A stretch of 64,000 nucleotides of DNA from Nanobdellota archaeon. Lineage in GTDB: Archaea; Nanobdellota; Nanobdellia; Pacearchaeales; GW2011-AR1. This document shows, in pieces, positions 26,701 through 36,200 of the stretch. The position numbers were made by a program, and so were the translations under genes. The first letter of the stretch is position 1, and every line of letters starts with the position of its first letter. A model generated the notes under the pieces. The model was not told where the DNA came from. It saw only the letters and a program-made list of their open reading frames with translations, and made no database searches. The stretch covers positions 45,521-109,520 of the forward strand of contig JBBSZK010000007.1 of the NCBI GenBank assembly GCA_038044745.1, given 5' to 3'.

Positions 26701-29481
26701 CGGGCATCGTGTATCAATCGATTTGATTTGAGCGATGAAGCGCGCACGGCACACTTTTATGAAACGGAACCGTATAAGGGCATGCCTGCGCTTGTGCCGT
26801 TTGACTTTGAACAAGGGTGGTATGTGGGTACGCGTCAGACCGTCGCCGCGTTTGGAGGCATTAAAGCGTTTCAATCTTCAGGGCGACCGGTGAGCTTTTG
26901 GATTTGTAATGTGGGTGGTGACAAGCGGCCTGACTTTTTTGTGAACGGATTTGATGACGATATCTGTCAGCAGTTTAATCTTGAAACGGGAGCGCCCCTT
27001 ACGAAGTTTTCGTGTTTGAGTGAGAGTGAAACGAAAGACCTTGTTGATCGCGCGGTGCGTGCGCTCGAAGAAGCCACTCATCAATATTCACAGGGCGCAA
27101 AAGATCGTATCTCTATTGAAGGTCAATCGGTTAGGGTCGGCGCTCCTGCAACTAATGTGCCGGGCACCCAATGTCAAGACTTCATGAGCCCCGATGATTG
27201 CAGACTCTTGTTTAATGTGTGTGATCCGGTGATTTGTCCCGCTTCTCGGTGCGACTTTGGAGGCAAGTATCCCGTAACTGATGTGATTCAGAGCGGGATT
27301 GTAGGGAGTGCGCTCTTATGTCTACCTAATTGGAACGAAGGAGTGTACGTGCCGGTTTGTCTTTCGGGTATTAAGGCCGGACTTGATAGTTATATCTCGG
27401 TTTTGAAATCGCATAAACAATGCCTTCAAGAGAATTTGGAAAGCGGGAAGTACATCGGTATCTGTGATCAGATAAGTGCGATTTATATGTGCGAATTCTT
27501 CTGGAGACAAGCGGCTCCTGTTGCGAATATCCTCTTGCCCAAACTGGTCGAATCGCTTTACGGTCAAGGCGGGGCGCGAGGCGGTGGCGAATATGCGACG
27601 GTGCAAGCCTCGTGGGACAACGCACAGCAGTCGGTCAATTACTTTACTCAAAGTTATGCCGCTAATTCGTTTAAGGCCTTCAATGTACGGTCGGTTGCGG
27701 ATGCGGGCGGAGAGTTTTGTAAAGCGTTTATCTCTGCGAAGGCGCCGACACAATTTGAATCGCTTATTGAACCTGATAGCCCTCCGCAATTCCATGCGTG
27801 GTTTAGTCAAATTCCGTATAGTGATGCGACGGTGCCCGCCACGGCACAGTACAAAGTCTTTTATCATATTTTTGCAGGTGATGATCAGGGTGTTTCGTAT
27901 CAGGTATACTTGAAAGATCCGCCTCAGACGTCGTATTATCAAAGCGCGAGCACTATTTACGTCGATTCGCAATATGTTTCGAAGGGAAGTTATAAAACTG
28001 AGACCAAAGACTTTACCGCTCCCTCGGGTTACCAACAATTGTGCGTGCGTGTCAATGATAAAGAGGAGTGCGGATTCAAACAGGTGAGTACAAGCTTTGC
28101 TATCAATACGGTGCGCGATGAATTTGTACAAGGAGAACTTGAGCGGACCGACATTGCTACCGAGCGTGAATGTGTCTCCGGACGCGTTAATCCGTCGGCG
28201 CTCTTGAATCCTAATCTGCAAGAGATGGGTCAAGAGGCTATCGACCCTGCTGTGTACAATCGGGGTGTAACTCGTATTTGTTCGACCGATAATCCCGGCA
28301 GAGCTACGGACCCTGCGCGATTTGTCAAGGTCGGTGTTTGCGACGATGCGCGTGTTGGATGCTGGCTCGACACCCAAAGCGTCGATCGAGCAATTACTGT
28401 AAACAATAAGGGAGCACGTAATGAGACGCTTGAAAAATTGCAGATCATGGCTGAGCAGCAGTTGCGAGACGATACTCAATTCCTGTTTGGAGATGACGAA
28501 TTGCGCCTGATTGAAGATTTAGATGGACGTGTTATAAAGGGCTCATTGGGTGCGACCGAAGCCGATGGGATTGTTCGCGAGGTCGATTCTCTTTTTGGCA
28601 AGGTCATTGTAAACGCACAGAAGGCTGAACTTTTGTTCATTAAAGGAAAAGCCTATGAAGCTGTAACGAGGGGATTATGGATTGAACTAAAAAAGAAGTC
28701 TCTGCCCAAGACTACCGCGCCCCAAGATACGCCTACTTCTGGTTCACAATCTACCGAACGTTCGGATAGCTCTTCTCAAGTATCTAGCAAATCATCTCCT
28801 ATTGCTAATCGTTATGCCCAACCTACAGACGGATGGACTATTGACTCCGCACTTCTTGTTCTTGATTCAAGTGATACGACGGTTGTTTATGCGGCTACGG
28901 GTGATGAAGGAAAGGCATTCACTATGTTTGTTGATCAATTGGCCAAACAAGGGATTATTTCTCCTAAGGAATTGAATGATATCGATGGTCGGTTTGGTTT
29001 GGGTCGAGAGGATGCTTCTCACGTTAACGATTTACTTCTGAAGAAACGCGCTCGTGAAGGATATCACGTTGTGTTGACGCCCGCGTCGGCTAGTTCCAGG
29101 GTATATCGAATTATGAGCGGAACGAGGGATACGGGGCTCTACATGACGACGTGGCCTTCCGTTGATGTGTTTACTTATTTCGTTGGCGATTCTGCGGCCT
29201 CTTCTCTTAACGCTGATGCGGCGAGGAAAGAGCGTCTACCCTTTGTTGATATTTTTGTTGATAGTTCCGCAGGCATGGTCTCTGTTGGAAAGGTTAAGTT
29301 TACGGGGGAAATCACTTATTTAGATGGTGATTATCTCAAAGATAAATTATCATTATCAAATGAAATAATTGATGATTTGAATGGTGCGGTGTTTGATGGC
29401 TATCGGTTTGTTCCTGCTCCTGTAATGCCCCGGGATTCTTCTTCTGATATTCCTACTGGGCCTGACTCCGGCTTTGATTAG
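23728..29481 (+). CDS. giant secreted protein (1917 aa), unknown function
   Basis: Uninterrupted 5.75-kb ORF. Sec-type signal peptide MKRLTFLFCFALIVFSAFFVSAATSG. Cys-rich central region and an S/T-rich linker near aa 1660-1700. No C-terminal TM segment. Confidence 0.8.
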   Translation: MKRLTFLFCFALIVFSAFFVSAATSGFYGTSSGSSRYVQYQQPDFRHYYSGAQIRDYWPILAEDQKEVCEGRQDLLVNVAPLGCQPAVVRSDLLAEQNVPMFCQLDALRVNPLVEIKQIRNIRFTGTYPKEVAGVGFHPAQAALRTRGDLLGSPLLNNIGYVVVLLRRQANESAQPNFVNFTLQAQVDYYADNVLGVGTSSFYLQPVSDAQWVEARLRQSFFNGRYFIRLDEVDDARARISIYHGDSRVSSTTVTLGSKSEQVMYLPGSYCQLGLRAYFDRFEPAQPMAQMQVGDDLVDVVEGGRFAQERCVVRSVISTGAEAGRVDIVCGSQSFSLELAPRVFEKGDLVLVSGRESEGVFSVGSVDSKKGVYSLRATNGTIVSVDYLLVYSTESGRLTEFEHSDKDLEAYFAKTIAQYRLLAQDYPLEKSLATQSIDSVASFGQQGLERAISLAEDVGKQRTAAELIGYYLELYPTSDRASYFDRRLRYDYRHDSNAAVAVVDLNGQTTSIRLRAIIPPHDSSKADFSWNGQRFSVALERNYTFAVQKSLGVLSLDKDRVRVVADCGGTTSSREDRTLSLISRVQGSSEGRTAELCGGVLRLESISVENYAHIRLVPEARGPTVQTNFSVGVGIEQRAIKLAPDKIQERIDTLNKTIAKWESISEGLGNVVKTMKAACFATAGVLTVKNFVTGLDGTALARQKVMRGPNGWTEYCRGRVNAQDDGPSYSSLGECYKDNSALIDQDVSTMSSLIQADNTCIRAAESGATQSSGTFGTYVDGEKAKQAFIQRCLNGYENERIRLSDGRDVSVSELTKNVSGSGTVMSYQELKDLKLNLELQKRRGDSPVAGDLSREQLGRLGDRISGRIASIESQASIADLAGGQVEQIQGEFSRTYNYYGQTISDAGPRYGLLSNVLPTGSAVQVIMVPDEGVSKPYLAVLDPANPTTGLRSVNRYYALKEENGAYVVNDSEPDVISSEAGRTIGQFRQVTRASCINRFDLSDEARTAHFYETEPYKGMPALVPFDFEQGWYVGTRQTVAAFGGIKAFQSSGRPVSFWICNVGGDKRPDFFVNGFDDDICQQFNLETGAPLTKFSCLSESETKDLVDRAVRALEEATHQYSQGAKDRISIEGQSVRVGAPATNVPGTQCQDFMSPDDCRLLFNVCDPVICPASRCDFGGKYPVTDVIQSGIVGSALLCLPNWNEGVYVPVCLSGIKAGLDSYISVLKSHKQCLQENLESGKYIGICDQISAIYMCEFFWRQAAPVANILLPKLVESLYGQGGARGGGEYATVQASWDNAQQSVNYFTQSYAANSFKAFNVRSVADAGGEFCKAFISAKAPTQFESLIEPDSPPQFHAWFSQIPYSDATVPATAQYKVFYHIFAGDDQGVSYQVYLKDPPQTSYYQSASTIYVDSQYVSKGSYKTETKDFTAPSGYQQLCVRVNDKEECGFKQVSTSFAINTVRDEFVQGELERTDIATERECVSGRVNPSALLNPNLQEMGQEAIDPAVYNRGVTRICSTDNPGRATDPARFVKVGVCDDARVGCWLDTQSVDRAITVNNKGARNETLEKLQIMAEQQLRDDTQFLFGDDELRLIEDLDGRVIKGSLGATEADGIVREVDSLFGKVIVNAQKAELLFIKGKAYEAVTRGLWIELKKKSLPKTTAPQDTPTSGSQSTERSDSSSQVSSKSSPIANRYAQPTDGWTIDSALLVLDSSDTTVVYAATGDEGKAFTMFVDQLAKQGIISPKELNDIDGRFGLGREDASHVNDLLLKKRAREGYHVVLTPASASSRVYRIMSGTRDTGLYMTTWPSVDVFTYFVGDSAASSLNADAARKERLPFVDIFVDSSAGMVSVGKVKFTGEITYLDGDYLKDKLSLSNEIIDDLNGAVFDGYRFVPAPVMPRDSSSDIPTGPDSGFD

Positions 29482-29751
29482 TGTACCGTATAGGCCATAT
29501 TTCTTATAATAACTTCAATAAAGTTTATTCGATTTTTGTTCATCCTTCGTCAAAAGGTATCAGTATTCTTGATGATTCGTTTGTGCTGGGAAATTTATCG
29601 AGGGCCGCGATAGCTGATGCGGGGAGCCTACACTCTGGCTTTGCGTTCAGAATAGCAGGTCATCTTGTTGTATTGTTCTAAATTCTTTTTTTATTTTCTC
29701 GGATTCATTCTTGCTCACTGAATTCTGTTCCGTTCGCTGCGATGAACCGAG

Positions 29752-29765
29752 ATGCGGGGACTAGG
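29752..29765. repeat. distal 14-nt direct repeat of the tRNA-Leu 3' end (ATGCGGGGACTAGG, plus-strand reading)
   Basis: Exact copy of 29840-29853. A weaker third copy, GATGCGGGGA, lies at 29616-29625. Confidence 0.6.
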
Positions 29766-29839
29766 TACTCGCGGAGTTTACTCCGCGGTAACTTCATTTC
29801 TGGCGAAATTGAAGTATTCGAACCGTTCGAATCTTTTTT

Positions 29840-29853
29840 ATGCGGGGACTAGG
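29840..29853. repeat. proximal 14-nt direct repeat overlapping the tRNA-Leu 3' end
   Basis: Covers the T-stem 3' strand, acceptor 3' strand, discriminator and 1 trailer nt of tRNA-Leu. Confidence 0.6.
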
Positions 29854-29924
29854 ATTCGAACCTAGGAAAGCACTAAGCTACGTGGTCCTAAGCCACGCCC
29901 GTTTGACCACTCCGGCATCCCCGC
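29841..29924 (-). tRNA. tRNA-Leu (anticodon UAG), class II with long variable arm
   Basis: Acceptor GCGGGGA/TCCCCGC, anticodon arm CGTGG-CTTAGGA-CCACG, long variable arm, T arm CTAGG-TTCGAAT-CCTAG. Confidence 0.85.
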
Positions 29925-29970
29925 GTGCATATCTGAGGAGAAGGATGTTTTTTAAATGTGTGCTTTAGAA

Positions 29971-30909
29971 CTACTTTTTGGCTTCTACCGGTACTGCTTT
30001 TTTCTGTTCGAATTCTTTCAACTTGTCTTCGATACCTAATCGTTCTATAAGCTCTTTGTATCTATTTCGGATGGTGACTTCTGTGATGCCTGCGACATCG
30101 GCGACTTCTCGCTGGGTGCGTTTTTCGCTGTTTACTAATGCGGCAACGTAGAGTGCCGCAGCGGCAATGCCTGCAGGGCCTCTTCCTGAAGTGAGCTCAG
30201 AGATATCTGCTTTTGCGAGGATTTTCAGGGCTTCATTTTGCGTTTTTGGTGAAAGGTGCAGGATTGAAGAAAATCGAGAAATGTAATCTTTGGGGGAACT
30301 CGGCCTTACTTTTATTCCGAGCTTTCTAATCATGAATCTGTACGTCCGTCCGATTTCTTTTCGTGGGACGTCTGACGTGGCTGCAATTTCATCAAGCGTT
30401 CTTGGAATGTTATACGAGCGACAGGCGGCGTATATACATGCGGCGATGACCGATTCCATACTTCTCCCTCTGACGAGGCCGCGTTGGAGTACGAAGTTGT
30501 AGACTCGTGCCGCTTCATCTTTCACGACGTTGGGTAGATTAAGAAAACTTGTTTCTCTACGAAGCTCGGCCATTGCGAGCCGGAGGTTTCTTTCTATGGA
30601 TGTGGAAACACGTTCCTGCCATTTTTTTAAACGAAGAAATTTACGTGTCTGTCCGTGATCGAGGCGATAGATATCCGAAATCTCTCCAACGTTAGTTGTA
30701 AGTCCCTTGTCAAATTTTTGAATTGAAAGTGGCGCGCCACCTCGACCCTTTTTTTCACTTTTATCGAATTGACCTCCGGTGTCTTGTCCGGTGTCAACCA
30801 TTTTTTCTTCAATGAGAAGTCCGCAGTCGTTACACACAATCTCGCCGCGCTGGTCATCATGGGTAAGGCTGATGCTTCCACATTCGGGGCAACGTTTGAT
30901 ATAACTCAT
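29971..30909 (-). CDS. tfb: transcription initiation factor B (TFB/TFIIB)
   Basis: N-terminal zinc ribbon CPECGS...CNDCG, two cyclin-fold repeats and a C-terminal HTH (EVADVAGITEVTIRNRYKEL). Confidence 0.95.
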   Translation of the reverse strand: MSYIKRCPECGSISLTHDDQRGEIVCNDCGLLIEEKMVDTGQDTGGQFDKSEKKGRGGAPLSIQKFDKGLTTNVGEISDIYRLDHGQTRKFLRLKKWQERVSTSIERNLRLAMAELRRETSFLNLPNVVKDEAARVYNFVLQRGLVRGRSMESVIAACIYAACRSYNIPRTLDEIAATSDVPRKEIGRTYRFMIRKLGIKVRPSSPKDYISRFSSILHLSPKTQNEALKILAKADISELTSGRGPAGIAAAALYVAALVNSEKRTQREVADVAGITEVTIRNRYKELIERLGIEDKLKEFEQKKAVPVEAKK

Positions 30910-31029
30910 CGACGGAGGGTATGAAAAGATTTAAAAAGTCTGTCTTTGGAACTATTTAAATGTTTCTCTTTTTTGACTATTTAATCGACGACAACATTTC
31001 AGTCTTCGTTTAGATATCTATTCGATGCG

Positions 31030-31389
31030 CTATTTTATAAGGACGGCATTTATCATGCCTTCTCGTGTTGGGCGGTTGGTTATTCTTGCTTTGCCCAGAG
31101 AAGTTTCAATTAGCGCACCCTTCATTAAACGGTTTTGACGTGCAAGGAACTTGTTTTGAGGGGTTTCTGCAACGTTTTTTATTTCAGCTTGCTGCATTTT
31201 CTTCCCATCCAATACGTTTGCAAGGTTTGTTCTCAGAATTGTACTTCGATATACTCCTCCTCTTGCACGCACGTGTTTCTTTTTGGTCTCACCTAATACC
31301 GCGTGGCGCTCTTGTGTTTTTCTTTCATAGAGGCGGGACTTTCTATTTGCGTGATATTTTCCACCGCTGACTTTTCTTCCTGCGTTCAT
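31030..31389 (-). CDS. rps8e: 30S ribosomal protein S8e (eS8)
   Basis: GRKVSGGKY...RARGGVYRSTILR...KGALIETSLGKARITNRPTREGMINAVLI. I prefer the ATG at 31389 over the tracked TTG start at 31500. Confidence 0.8.
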   Translation of the reverse strand: MNAGRKVSGGKYHANRKSRLYERKTQERHAVLGETKKKHVRARGGVYRSTILRTNLANVLDGKKMQQAEIKNVAETPQNKFLARQNRLMKGALIETSLGKARITNRPTREGMINAVLIK

Positions 31390-31534
31390 CAAATCGTTTG
31401 CGAAGTATGGTTTAAATAGCTTTTGGAAGCGCAGGCCTTGTACTCTGGTCTTTCCAGTAAAAACCTCGATTTTTTGTTTAATCGTTATTTGCGGTGACAA
31501 TAATGTTTAAATAGTGTCTTTGGAAAAGGTTGTC

Positions 31535-31780
31535 ATGGCAAACTCAATTGAACGACCGTTGGATTTACTCAATGCGTCGCGCGGAAAGGAAGTGATTGTG
31601 CATCTTAAGGGTGATAAGCAGTTTGTTGGCACGTTGCGTGCGTTCGATATTCATATTAATGTTGTTCTCGATAATACTAAAGAAATGCACGAAGGGCAGA
31701 TGGCTCGAAACTTGGGGCTTGTGTTCTTACGAGGAGATACCATCATCTATATTTCTCCTTCTGGCGCTTCTAATCATTAA
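31535..31780 (+). CDS. Sm-like archaeal protein (SmAP/LSm)
   Basis: Sm1 and Sm2 motifs: VIVHLKGDKQFVGTLRAFDIHINVVLDN ... LVFLRGDTIIYISP. ATG at 31535. Confidence 0.85.
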   Translation: MANSIERPLDLLNASRGKEVIVHLKGDKQFVGTLRAFDIHINVVLDNTKEMHEGQMARNLGLVFLRGDTIIYISPSGASNH

Positions 31781-32672
31781 GTTTTATTTCTTGTCTCTCT
31801 AAATCTTTTACAACTCGTGCGTTTTTGAATATCTTTTTTGCTTCATTTTCGATAAACTTTAAGTTTTGTTCGTATCGTTGTGCTATGTGTGTCAGTATCA
31901 ACTTTTTTGCTTTCGCTCTTTTAGCAATCGTTGCTGCTTGACTTGCGGTCAGGTGTTTGTAGTTTTCCGCATATTCTCTTTCTTTTTCTGCATAGGTTGC
32001 TTCACATACCACAAGGTCGGCGTCTTTCGCAATTTCAATCGCGTTTTGATTAAATTTAGTGTCCATTATAATCGCTATTTTTGTGCCCGGTTGTACATAC
32101 ACGAGGTCTTTCGCTTTTACTTTCTTACCATTTATTACGACGTCTTTTCCTTTTTGAATTTCTCCAAGCAACGGAGTGTTAGGCAACTTTAATTTCTTTA
32201 TTTTTGCTTTATCGAGTCGTCGCCGTTCTTTTATTATAAACGCGAATGCCCATGCGGGGATGCCGTGGTCCATGGGGGCGGCTTCAATTTTCCAATCGTC
32301 TGTCTCGATGTGACAAGGCAGTTCGTGTACGCTTATTTGTATATTAAATTTTCCGTATGTCTGTTGTAGTAGTTCGAGATGCCTCGCAGTACCCTTTGGG
32401 CCGTAAATGTCGAGTCGTCGCGCATATTCTGACATCTCAAGCGTTTCTAATAGCCCTGGAAGACCGAGTACGTGGTCCCCATGTAAGTGGGTAAGCAGAA
32501 TTCTAGTTATTTTGCACGGGTTGAGCCCCGCTTTTTTTATTTGGCGTTGCGTTCCTTCTCCGCAGTCGATTAAGATTCGTTCGGCGTTCCATTCGAGCCA
32601 TATTGCGGGGTGATTGCGTTCTGCTGTAGGGATTGCATTGCTTGTTCCAAGGAAAGTTACCTGAATGTTCAC
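31770..32672 (-). CDS. rnz: ribonuclease Z (tRNA 3' endonuclease)
   Basis: MBL fold with LTHLHGDHVLGLPGLL (HxHxDH). N-terminus FLGTSNAIPT. 300 aa. Confidence 0.9.
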   Translation of the reverse strand: MNIQVTFLGTSNAIPTAERNHPAIWLEWNAERILIDCGEGTQRQIKKAGLNPCKITRILLTHLHGDHVLGLPGLLETLEMSEYARRLDIYGPKGTARHLELLQQTYGKFNIQISVHELPCHIETDDWKIEAAPMDHGIPAWAFAFIIKERRRLDKAKIKKLKLPNTPLLGEIQKGKDVVINGKKVKAKDLVYVQPGTKIAIIMDTKFNQNAIEIAKDADLVVCEATYAEKEREYAENYKHLTASQAATIAKRAKAKKLILTHIAQRYEQNLKFIENEAKKIFKNARVVKDLERQEIKLND

Positions 32673-32711
32673 GACTTCTTTAACTGTTCTTTATTTATAT
32701 AGGTTTAGTGA
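32399..32711. repeat. source copy of a duplicated segment: rnz codons about 44-91 (32399-32541) plus the rnz promoter/TATA (about 32690-32711)
   Basis: Matches 39398-39555 with 2 substitutions, a T7 versus T6 difference and an internal deletion of about 154 bp in the second copy. Confidence 0.85.
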
Positions 32712-33033
32712 ACTTGTTTTTTCTGGTCATATGCCTAAATAGTCTCGTGTTACTAGACATAATGGGTCGAGTGATTTTTTCGTTTGTTGCGTTTTCTTTT
32801 CTAGCTTTCTCGTTGTTTTCTTTTGCGTGCGCCGCGAGTGAGTTCTGTTGCGTGGGTAATGTGCAGATTGTCGGTGTTTGAATATTTTCTGAATGCTTCC
32901 TTTTAGATGAATTCCTTTAGTTTTTATTCTGATTGAGAGGTTCTTGTGCGCTAACTGCGGTTTCCTAAAGGTATTTAAACTTATTTTTCTTTGTGCGTTA
33001 ATGATTAGCGTTATTGTTGAGCATTAATGCACG

Positions 33034-33231
33034 ATGAATAAAAAAAAGTTGGTTATTAGGTTGTTAAAACGTAATCGTGATGGTCTTACGGTTGTTGAAA
33101 TTGCTCGAACGCTTTCCATATCTCGGAATACGGTTGCGGTTGTGCTTGCAGGACTCATCGGTGCGGAAATGGTGCGTGTGCGTCCTGTAGGTGTTGCCAA
33201 GCTTCATTATTGGCGGAGAGGAACCTCATGA
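33034..33231 (+). CDS. small winged-helix DNA-binding protein
   Basis: LTVVEIARTLSISRNTVAVVLAGLIGAEMVRVRPVG...HYW. ATGA overlap with the giant ORF start at 33228. Confidence 0.55.
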   Translation: MNKKKLVIRLLKRNRDGLTVVEIARTLSISRNTVAVVLAGLIGAEMVRVRPVGVAKLHYWRRGTS

Positions 33232-36200
33232 GATACATTCTTCTTTTAGCTGCATTATTGTTTATTGTGCTGCCTCTTGCGAGCGCGGCGACCCTCTTCT
33301 TTGACGGGTTTGAGTCTGGCACGCCCATACAAAACGGGTGGAACCTGCGTTCTATTTCGGCAGCGCAAAACTGGACTAATTCAAAGGTGAATCCGTTTCA
33401 AGGATTGCGGCATGCGCAATCACGACCTCTTTCGACAACGGTTCCTGCGAGCGTTATGTGGATTAATGTGAGTACGGTTGGATATACAAATGTTAGCGTA
33501 AGCTATTTCGTACGTCGTGTTGGGCTTGATGGTCCCGATGAATTTAATGTGACTTGGCATAACGGTACTGTGTGGGTGATGCTTGAACAGACGGGAAGTA
33601 GTTCTGCTAATGACGCTGCTTATGTAATGCGTAATTGGAGCTTGGGCGTGGCGGCGTCTAATAAATTGAACCTTACGATTCGTTTTGAATGCACGGCCGG
33701 AGCTGCTACGGAGTTCTGTCGTATTGACAATTTTAATATTACGGGGAATGTTTTAACTGACAGCACTCCTCCGCTCGTTAGTTTTATTACCCCCACCGAA
33801 GCCAATGAGTCGATTCTTTTGCGTTCGTTTATTCTGATTAATGTTACGGGGAACGATACTAATTTGGATAGACTAACGGTCCGCTTGTTTAACTCGAGTC
33901 ATTCACTTCTCTTTACTAATCTATCTTCTTCAAGTCCGTTTTTTGTTAATTATTCTGGGTTAAGTGATGGAAGATATTATTTCAATGCAAGTGCTAACGA
34001 CTCTGCTGGAAACGTTAACCATACGGAAACGAGAACGGTATTGATTGATGCTTTGGCGCCCGGATTGGCTATTGTTTCCCCCCTCCATGGAAATTACACC
34101 AATGCCCTGATTTTGATTAATATCTCTACGAGTGGTGCCGCGAGTGTGTGGTTTAATAACGGCACGGGAAATACGACGTACATAACCGAACTATATCAAA
34201 CGTTTGGGCAGGAATCGAACCTGCTTATCGCGTACGCGAACGACTCGGTTGGAAATCTTAATACGACAAATGTCACTTTCTTTATTGATTCGCTGGTACC
34301 ACACATTAGTTTTGGTGCGGGGACAAGTGCTTCGGGTAGTTCCGGTGTTCTCAGTTTGATTTATGTGGATATCAGCGCGAGCGATGCGAATGAGCAGAAT
34401 ATTGTCTTTAGTCTTTTTAATGCAACTTCATTAGTGGATCGTTCACAATTTGGTGCGGGCGCACGAGCGATTAACTGGACTAATTTAGCGAACGGTGTCT
34501 ATTTCTACAATGTTACCATCAATGACACGCTCGGAAATGCTAACTGGACTGAAACACGGAACCATACGGTTGATAATGTGGCTCCTCTGGTAGATGCGCT
34601 TGTTCCCGTTGCAGACACTACTTTTGCGCTCAATGGTTCTATTGAAATTGGCGTCAACGTGAGTGATGCGCATAGTTTTGTTTCAAGCGTTATTGCGTCT
34701 CTTGCTTATCCTAATGGGACATTTGTTAATCTCTCATTAGAAAATGTTCAGGGGGTTAAGTACAATGCGACCTTTGTTGTCCCCTATCTATTCGGCCGTT
34801 ATAACGTCAGTTTTTATGCGAATGATAGTCTTGGTAATGTGAATACTACTCAAACCACGTTTTTCACGGGTGCTGATGTAACTGCTCCGCGCTATTCAAA
34901 CGCAAGTCAAACGCCTGTCAGTCCGACAACCTACGCGCCTTTCAGAAACTATACGTTTAATATAACTTGGACAGATGAGGTTGCACTTAATAGCGTATTG
35001 TTTGAATTTAATTCTATTAACTATACGATGGCGCTACAAGGCTCGAGCGTTTACTCGATTACATTCTTTGATCTTGCTGCCGGTACTTATGCTTATCGTT
35101 ATCTCGCGAATGATTCTGCAGGTAATTGGAACTCCACGAGTCTCGATACCTATATTATTTCAAAATCTGTTCCGAATCTGAGTTTTCTCCTTAATGGAAC
35201 GGAGAGTAACTTGAGCCTCATGTATGGTGATGGCGTTAATGCTTCTGCACTATCGGCCACGAACACCGTTCAATTGTATCGAAATGGCGTGAACGTAACC
35301 TCTGAGAATCATCTTTTTGTAACGCTTGCGGTTGGGCAGTACAATTACACTGCGACCGCGTTCGAAAATCAAAACTATAGCCTATTGAACCTTACTCGCT
35401 CAGTGTTTATTAGTCCGGCTATCGGTGCAGTGACGTTACTTCTCAACAGTTCTGCTTCTAATCAGACGGGCTTTTATGGTGTGTTGACTAACGCTTCTGC
35501 ATCAACGCCGTACGGAGTTGTAACCTTGTATCGCGATGGTGTTGACGTGACTGGCGCCAATCATCACCTTATGCAACTCGCTTCTGGAGATTATAATTGG
35601 ACGGCAGTTAGTTCGGGTAACGAAAACTATTCGAGTTCAAGTATAGCTCTGTGGAGCCATATTGCTCGAGCGCAGGGAAATGTAACACTCTTGCTTAACG
35701 GCTCTGCAGAAAATCTTACAATTTCTTATCCTGGGCAGGTTAATGCATCAGCTACTTCGGCTACGGGCGGCATCCAATTGTACCGTAACGGTGTTAATAT
35801 GACCAACGAAAATCACCAATTTGTGGGGCTTGCGGTTGGGCAGTATAACTATACTGCTTTTGCACTTGAAAGCCAAAACTATACCAATGCTTCGACGTTA
35901 GTGCGTGCAACTATCATAGGTGTTGTGCCCGATTTGAATATTTCGATAACGCCTTCTTCGAACGTGGTATATCCTACGGCAACAACGGCTTTGGGAATAG
36001 GTTGCGTGGATGAATTGACGTGTGTCCTTTATCGTAATCATGCCTTCGTTTCTAATCCCGATAGCGCAACCCTCGGAGCGGGAACGTATATGTATGTGTA
36101 TAATACGACGGGTAATGAGAACTATAGCTCTGCAAGTTTTTCACGCATACTTATTGTCAATCAAAGTACGGGCTTAGTTTACGCGTACGTTAACCATGCG

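Noticed and set aside
27322-28479. 385-aa minus-strand ORF inside the 1917-aa gene
   Set aside because: It is entirely antisense to a much longer uninterrupted ORF. It has R/L/I-rich low-information composition and no start context or motif, which is typical of a shadow ORF.
29481-29681. 66-aa GTG-initiated ORF after the giant gene
   Set aside because: It has no ATG, no promoter and no motif. The region is better explained as tRNA-Leu 3'-end remnants.
31390-31500. N-terminal extension of S8e from a TTG start
   Set aside because: The extension has no counterpart in the S8e pattern I recall, and an ATG at 31389 directly precedes the conserved GRK.SGGK motif.
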